Positions 54,643 to 59,423 of a DNA stretch of 59,423 bases are shown here, in pieces. Every line of letters starts with the position of its first letter. Within the stretch, counting starts at the first letter, position 1. The DNA is taken from the IMG/VR virus record IMGVR_UViG_3300037313_000688, positions 1-59,423 of that record. The stretch is one strand, 5' to 3'. The notes below the pieces were generated by a model that searched no databases, was not told the origin of the DNA, and worked only from the letters and a program-made list of their open reading frames with translations. The position numbers were made by a program, and so were the translations under genes. The stretch comes from a virus. Its lineage: Duplodnaviria > Caudoviricetes.

Positions 54643-54716
54643 AGGTCGTGGCGGGAATCGAACCCGCGACGGCTCCGACTTAGAGTTCGGCCGCTCTGCC
54701 ACTGAGCTACACGACC
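54643..54716 (-). tRNA. tRNA with CUA anticodon (amber suppressor-like) and irregular anticodon stem; CCA not encoded
   Basis: GGTCGTG TA GCTC AGTGGCA GAGC GGCCGAA CTCTAAG TCGGAGCCGTC GCGGG TTCGATT CCCGC CACGACC T: perfect acceptor, D and T stems. Confidence 0.88.
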
Positions 54717-55681
54717 CCGAGGCCCGGCTTGCGCCGGTGGTACGGGGTGAACGGCCACGGCCACTTGGGCCGGGTCGCCCTCACCCGCTCGAAGAACAAC
54801 AGGTTGGCCGTCCGCCGGTCGGTGTGTCGGGTGACAACCCCGTACTCCAGCACCCGCCCGTCGGCCGTCCACTCCCCCAGGGGGACGCCGATCTCGTCCA
54901 GCCAGTCCCGGACGGTCCGCTGTTCCGGGGCGGACAGGGTGAGGTAGTGCTTGCCCTTCACCCGGCTGGTCGGCCCGTCCAGGGCGCAGGGGATCACGTA
55001 GGGTCCGACGTCGAACCGCCACCCCCCGGCCTTGCGGTGCGGGACCAGGACCGACCCGTACCCGCCGATCTTGCTCCAGGTGGTGGAGTCCACCGAGTAC
55101 CACGGGTAGCGGACGATCAGGTCGAAGCTGGTGAACCCGAACCCGTGCAACTTGACCCGCGGCAGGTGAGTCTTGGGGTCGCACACGGTGTCGAAGCACT
55201 GCTCGATCCACCGCCGCCCCTCCAGGGTGTCACTCGACCCCACCAGCCCGCCGAGAGCGACGACCTCGTACCCGCGGTCCACGTAGTGCTTCAACCACTT
55301 CATGCTGGTCCGGTAGTGGACGACCGGGACCGGTCTGAGGCCGTGCTTCTTTTCCAGGTAGCGTTGGTTCCGCCAGCTCAGGCGGGGGTTCGGGATGACG
55401 TCCACGTTCGCGTACAGGTCGATTGCGTAGTGGTATTTCTTAACAAAATCCGCATAGGAGTCAACGTAGTTCCAAAACGCTTTTGTGTCGTAATAGTCCC
55501 ACTCGCTACAACCGTTAGCTTTGGCGTACTTGTGGGCTTCGGTCCACAACGTAAAGCTGCCGCTGTCGAAGAAGTGGCCGGCGACCGGTTCGACCACCAG
55601 GGGACGGGCGGGGGGTTCCCCGCCCTCCCGCTTCTTCTGCCTGGCTTTCTTCGGCGGCTCCCGGTCAAACAACAAGCCCAT
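54707..55681 (-). CDS. dpdA: DpdA-like 7-deazaguanine DNA transglycosylase (TGT-like fold)
   Basis: FFDSGSF, YANVDVI, PVPVVH, VALGGLV, KLHGFG, YSVDSTTW; clustered with folE and queCDE. Confidence 0.8.
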   Translation of the reverse strand: MGLLFDREPPKKARQKKREGGEPPARPLVVEPVAGHFFDSGSFTLWTEAHKYAKANGCSEWDYYDTKAFWNYVDSYADFVKKYHYAIDLYANVDVIPNPRLSWRNQRYLEKKHGLRPVPVVHYRTSMKWLKHYVDRGYEVVALGGLVGSSDTLEGRRWIEQCFDTVCDPKTHLPRVKLHGFGFTSFDLIVRYPWYSVDSTTWSKIGGYGSVLVPHRKAGGWRFDVGPYVIPCALDGPTSRVKGKHYLTLSAPEQRTVRDWLDEIGVPLGEWTADGRVLEYGVVTRHTDRRTANLLFFERVRATRPKWPWPFTPYHRRKPGLGVV

Positions 55682-55913
55682 GAGGGAAACCCCCGTAGAC
55701 CCTGAGAAGCTTAGCGGTCATCTTCTCCACCTCGTCGCACAACCCCATCAATTGAGCACCGTCCATCGTCCGCCGGTTCTGGCGTGACACCCCCATGAGC
55801 CTCCGCAGGGCGTCCAGCTTTTCCTTCGGGATCTTGTCCCGGGTCCGCTTGCAGAACCGGCGGTTGACCGACACCGGCTGCTTACACCCGCACTTGCACG
55901 TCGTCAGAGCCAT
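55665..55913 (-). CDS. Small Cys-containing protein
   Basis: CKCGCKQ...FC; fills the operon gap. Confidence 0.55.
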   Translation of the reverse strand: MALTTCKCGCKQPVSVNRRFCKRTRDKIPKEKLDALRRLMGVSRQNRRTMDGAQLMGLCDEVEKMTAKLLRVYGGFPHGLVV

Positions 55914-55914
55914 G

Positions 55915-56481
55915 TCACCCTCGCGCTAGTGAAAGGAACTCCGCCCGGGCCTTGTCGTCGGTCCGGAACACCCCGGTCAGGTGGGAGGTGATCATCTCGC
56001 CGGACGACCGCACCCCCCGGCAGGTCATGCAGGTGTGGGCAGCCGTTATTACCACCCCGACCCCCTTCGGGGTGAGGGCCGTCTGGAGTTCTTCGGCGAT
56101 CTCTCGGGTTAGCCGCTCCTGCACCTGGAGCCGGCGGGACAGCACCTCCACCAGCCGGGGCACCTTGGACAGCCCGACGATCCGCCCGTCCGGGACGTAC
56201 CCGACCGTCACCCGGCCGTGGAACGGCATCAGGTGGTGCTCGCAGGTGCTGCTGAAACCGATCCCGTTCACCAGCGCCATCTCGTCGCACGGGTCGTTGA
56301 ACGTGACCAGCACCTCCTTCGGGTCGGTCCTGTACCCGGCCGTCACCTCTTCCAGCATGCGGCGGACCCGGACCGGGGTCATCTTCAGCCCGTTCCGGGC
56401 GGGGTCTTCCCCCAGCGCCTCCAGGAACTCCTTCAGGGCAGCCTCGAACTTGACCGCCTTGTGGAACTGCTCGCCGTTCAC
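55915..56481 (-). CDS. folE: GTP cyclohydrolase I
   Basis: GLKMTPVRV, STCEHHLMPF, IVGLSK, LQVQERLT, HTCMTCRGV. Confidence 0.97.
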   Translation of the reverse strand: MNGEQFHKAVKFEAALKEFLEALGEDPARNGLKMTPVRVRRMLEEVTAGYRTDPKEVLVTFNDPCDEMALVNGIGFSSTCEHHLMPFHGRVTVGYVPDGRIVGLSKVPRLVEVLSRRLQVQERLTREIAEELQTALTPKGVGVVITAAHTCMTCRGVRSSGEMITSHLTGVFRTDDKARAEFLSLARG

Positions 56482-57167
56482 TTGCTCTCCTTCGGCATGA
56501 GGTCGCGGGACTGGTACTCCAGCGGGTCGGTGGCGCTGTTCAGGGCGAAAGCTTCGAGCCTTTCTTGACAGCTCCCGCATTTTCCACAAGCGATTGGGGA
56601 GGTGGTGTAGCAAGTCCTTGTCAACTCGTAGGGGACGTTCAGTCCCAGCCCCCGCTTGAGGATCTGCGCCTTGGTCAGGTTCAGGTACGGGGCGTGCAGC
56701 CCGACGCGCTTCCCCGTCCCTTCCCAGAGGGCGTTGCCCATGTCCTCGACGAACTCCGGCCGGCAGTCCGGGTAGATGGCGTGGTCCCCGGCGTGGACGG
56801 CGAGGGCGACCTGGCTCGCCCCCTCGCTCCAAGCGATCCCGGCCAGGACGCTGGCGAAGATGATGTTGCGGGCCGGGACGACCGTCCGCTCCATCGACTC
56901 CGCCTCGTAGTGCCCCTCCGGGATCTCACCGCCCGACTTCAGCAGGTCGGACTTGAACCCGGCCATGATCCCGGACAGGTCCACCACCCGATACCGGCAC
57001 CCGAGCCGGTAGGTGAACTCGGCCGCGGCGACCAGTTCGTGCTCGTTGTGCTTCGACCCGTAGACGAAGCTGACGGCCAGGACGTCGTTCGTCCGACCGC
57101 CGTCCGTCAGCTCCCACAGCAGGGTGGCACTGTCCATCCCCCCGCTGAACGACACCACGGTTTTCAT
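56478..57167 (-). CDS. queC: 7-cyano-7-deazaguanine synthase
   Basis: FSGGMDS, YGSKH, VPARN, YPDCRPEF, TRTCY, CGKCGSCQER. Confidence 0.97.
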   Translation of the reverse strand: MKTVVSFSGGMDSATLLWELTDGGRTNDVLAVSFVYGSKHNEHELVAAAEFTYRLGCRYRVVDLSGIMAGFKSDLLKSGGEIPEGHYEAESMERTVVPARNIIFASVLAGIAWSEGASQVALAVHAGDHAIYPDCRPEFVEDMGNALWEGTGKRVGLHAPYLNLTKAQILKRGLGLNVPYELTRTCYTTSPIACGKCGSCQERLEAFALNSATDPLEYQSRDLMPKESK

Positions 57168-57559
57168 CCCAGTTTCTCCCCGTTCCTGAGTTTCCGGACC
57201 ACCTCCCTGTGCCCCGCCTCGGCCTCCTGCCAGGTGTGATACCGGTCCTGGTACTCCGACCCGTCCGGCATGCCGAACACCATCGTCTCGAACAGCACCG
57301 GCGGCCCGCCGCCGAACGAGTGGTCCAGGCCGAGGAACACAGTGCTGACCGTCACCTTGATCTCTTTCTTGCCGTATCGGACGCCGAGGAAACTGCCGGC
57401 GTATTTTATCTCCAGCACGATCTCGTCCTTGCCGACCGACCACGGGTCCACCCCGGTCTGCCGGTGTGTCTTCACCCGCTCCTCGCACTCCACCGCCCCG
57501 GTCATCAGGTCCACCGGGACCGGGTTGCGGTTCTCGTCCAGCTTGTACCAGTGGTTCAT
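57164..57559 (-). CDS. Phage hypothetical protein
   Basis: VSTVFLGLDH...LFETMVF...RYHTWQEAEAGH; ATGA-coupled on both sides. Confidence 0.75.
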   Translation of the reverse strand: MNHWYKLDENRNPVPVDLMTGAVECEERVKTHRQTGVDPWSVGKDEIVLEIKYAGSFLGVRYGKKEIKVTVSTVFLGLDHSFGGGPPVLFETMVFGMPDGSEYQDRYHTWQEAEAGHREVVRKLRNGEKLG

Positions 57560-58239
57560 GGCACCCCCAACAGCTTGTGGGTTTGGACCGACACGCGGTA
57601 GCCGTACCTCATCGCCGACCTGACGCACGCCTCGGCGTTCCGCTTGTTCTGCTCCGGGTCGCCCACGTCGGCCGGGCTGACCCACACCGTCCCCCGGAAG
57701 TCCGGCCACGGGTGCTGGGGGATGTACGTGCCGAGCACCTTTGTCGGCAGCCCGTTGTTCGGGTGGACCTCCCGGGCGTCCAGCACGTACTTCAGGTGCT
57801 TGACCCACGGACGGACCCGCACGTTGACGTTCGCTTTAGGTGAGCACACGACCGTCACGCCCAGGTTCCCCCACGGGAACGGGTCCAGGTACAGGGTGCC
57901 GTTCGTCTCCAGTTGGACCCTGTAGTCCTTGCCGAGCAGCAAGTCAACCAGGGGGGCGACGTTCTGGCGGAACGGCTCGCCACCGGTCAGGACCACTAGG
58001 TCGGTCTTTATCGGCTGGTTGCAGACCGTGCGGACGATGTCCTCGACCGACATCCCCCCGCGGCCGGTCGTATAGTCGGTGTCGCACCCCGAGCACTGGA
58101 GGTTGCACCCGGCCAATCGGCAAAACACTGCCGGCATCCCGGCGAACGGCCCCTCGCCCTGAATTGTGCCGAACACCGAATGCACGTCGAGCAGCTTGCC
58201 GTCCGTCCGGACCGGCAGCTCCATCGGTTGGGTGTTCAC
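57556..58239 (-). CDS. queE: 7-carboxy-7-deazaguanine synthase (radical SAM)
   Basis: TIQGEG, GCNLQCSGCDT, LTGGEP, ETNG, CSPK, QTHK. Confidence 0.97.
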   Translation of the reverse strand: MNTQPMELPVRTDGKLLDVHSVFGTIQGEGPFAGMPAVFCRLAGCNLQCSGCDTDYTTGRGGMSVEDIVRTVCNQPIKTDLVVLTGGEPFRQNVAPLVDLLLGKDYRVQLETNGTLYLDPFPWGNLGVTVVCSPKANVNVRVRPWVKHLKYVLDAREVHPNNGLPTKVLGTYIPQHPWPDFRGTVWVSPADVGDPEQNKRNAEACVRSAMRYGYRVSVQTHKLLGVP

Positions 58240-58242
58240 GGA

Positions 58243-58614
58243 TCACTCCACGGTGAAAGTCTTGGTCATCAGCCACGCAACGGCGTAGGCGAACGGGTAC
58301 ACGATGAGCATGCGGGCGAGTATGACCTCGACGAGCCGGGTCACTGCCGTCTGTTTCCGCGACACCCGCCCCTGGAACGCCCCCCACGCCAGCATGGCGG
58401 CGACCAACACCCGCCACGACGGGACCGGGGCGTACTGGGCCAGGTGCCAGGCCCAGATCGACTGGATGAGGTACACCTCCTCGGCTGTGTACAGGGGCAG
58501 CAGGATGAGAGCCAGGATGATAGCCCCGCACGAGTCGTCGTCCTTCTTCTTGGGCGTGTACCGGCACGGCCCGCCTCGGCAGTCGGCGTGTGTCGAAGTT
58601 CCCACCAAAGCCAT
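58243..58614 (-). CDS. Membrane protein
   Basis: GGAGG RBS; three hydrophobic segments. Confidence 0.6.
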   Translation of the reverse strand: MALVGTSTHADCRGGPCRYTPKKKDDDSCGAIILALILLPLYTAEEVYLIQSIWAWHLAQYAPVPSWRVLVAAMLAWGAFQGRVSRKQTAVTRLVEVILARMLIVYPFAYAVAWLMTKTFTVE

Positions 58615-58616
58615 GA

Positions 58617-58808
58617 CTACCTCCCGAACAGGGTGTGGATGAACCCGTACATGCACCAGTACGCCCCGCACACGAACGTCAGGCAGCCGGCGTAGAACCA
58701 GGCGGTGAACTTGGCCCGCATCTCGGCGTAGGCGAACGCGGTCTGGAGGTTCAGGAACGAGACGGCGGCGCAGAACCAGAACCCGAGCAAGTACCAGAGC
58801 CAGTCCAT
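58617..58808 (-). CDS. Small two-TM membrane protein
   Basis: 63 aa, aromatic and hydrophobic. Confidence 0.6.
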   Translation of the reverse strand: MDWLWYLLGFWFCAAVSFLNLQTAFAYAEMRAKFTAWFYAGCLTFVCGAYWCMYGFIHTLFGR

Positions 58809-58954
58809 GCCAGCCCCCTAGTGGAAGATGCGGAGGTATCTCTTGCCGGCCTTGGAGTACAGCTCCGCCCGTCCGGCCCGGACCAGCCGGTCGATCTCGG
58901 TCAGGGACAGGTGCTGGTGTTTGGTCAGGGCGTCGGTCAGCGAGCAGTCGAGGG

Positions 58955-59423
58955 CTACGAGTCGTACAGGTCTTGCGCCGTCGGGTAGACCGGGCCGCCC
59001 GTGTACTCCGCCCAGCAGTTTGGGGTCTCCGTGCAACGAACCCGGACGACCGTGATGCCGTGCGGGGTGAGCAGCTCCGTCGCCTTGTTGAAAAGCTCGC
59101 ACGCGATGTTCTCCGCCGTGGGGTTGCCCGACTTCATGACGTAGGGGGCTTTGCCACCGAACAGTTCCTTACGAATGCCGGTCGAGTACAGGTGCGTGAC
59201 CAGTTCGTACTTGACCGGGTTGGCCGCGTCGTTCCCCCGCAGGTGTTCGGTCTTATCTATCGTCTCCGTCCGCCACAGTCGGGCTAGCGGGTCGTTCGGG
59301 TGGCACAGGAAGCCGTGGTCCCAGGTGTCGTCGATCCACTTGCCGACGACCGACTTGAGGACCGAGAAGTCGATGACCCGCCCGAGCTTGTCCAGGTCCG
59401 GGGCTGTGACGGTCAGCTCGGCG
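58955..59423 (-). CDS. queD: 6-carboxytetrahydropterin synthase, 5'-truncated by the window edge
   Basis: Hand translation of the frame open to the edge: GRVIDFSVLK..VGKWIDDTWDHGF...NPTAENIA...ETPNCWA. Confidence 0.93.
   Translation of the reverse strand, partial: AELTVTAPDLDKLGRVIDFSVLKSVVGKWIDDTWDHGFLCHPNDPLARLWRTETIDKTEHLRGNDAANPVKYELVTHLYSTGIRKELFGGKAPYVMKSGNPTAENIACELFNKATELLTPHGITVVRVRCTETPNCWAEYTGGPVYPTAQDLYDS

Noticed and set aside
54643-54716. Pyrrolysine tRNA
   Set aside because: Has a canonical D-loop GG, TTCGA T-loop, 2-nt acceptor-D linker and U discriminator, unlike tRNA-Pyl; no pyl genes in the window
58818-58954. Short ORF ending ...KRYLRIFH after queD
   Set aside because: Looks coding, but I found no start codon or RBS outside queD, so it cannot be delimited
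1025-59423. Genome-wide TAG reassignment
   Set aside because: Conserved genes are uninterrupted, and TAG sits at natural C-termini of terL, polA, ssb, queD and dpdA
1-59423. Integrase/att site, reverse transcriptase or DGR, IS elements
   Set aside because: No such motifs or long template/variable repeats seen; lifestyle cannot be decided from this window

Overview
A GC-rich segment of a long-tailed (siphovirus-type) dsDNA phage genome. The host is probably a Planctomycete; this is inferred from a phage-borne copy of a planctomycete-type HTH-receiver regulator. Layout from left to right: (1) 1-1020, non-coding, with a ~23-bp-period array of TTAG-N6-CTAA palindromes, a parS-like site and A/T tracts. 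(2) terS-terL on the minus strand, divergent from the portal. (3) A ~14 kb block between portal and capsid genes, holding two paralogous fibre/carbohydrate-enzyme/adaptor cassettes and a membrane/secreted module with a stand-alone CHASE3 sensor and a papain-like protease; no recognisable endolysin. (4) Capsid, neck and tail genes, including a free-standing HNH endonuclease, a -1 frameshift tail chaperone, the tape measure protein and a glycosyltransferase fusion. (5) From ~34.5 kb, a minus-strand replication/recombination arm: split SbcC, SbcD, resolvase, 5'-3' exonuclease, RecA, SSB, UvsY-like protein, clamp loader, family A polymerase split from its UDG/3'-5' exonuclease part, ThyX and a beta clamp. 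(6) A CUA-anticodon tRNA overlapping a 7-deazaguanine DNA-modification cluster (dpdA-like, folE, queC, queE, partial queD). All calls come from reading motifs and synteny by eye; no database searches were run.
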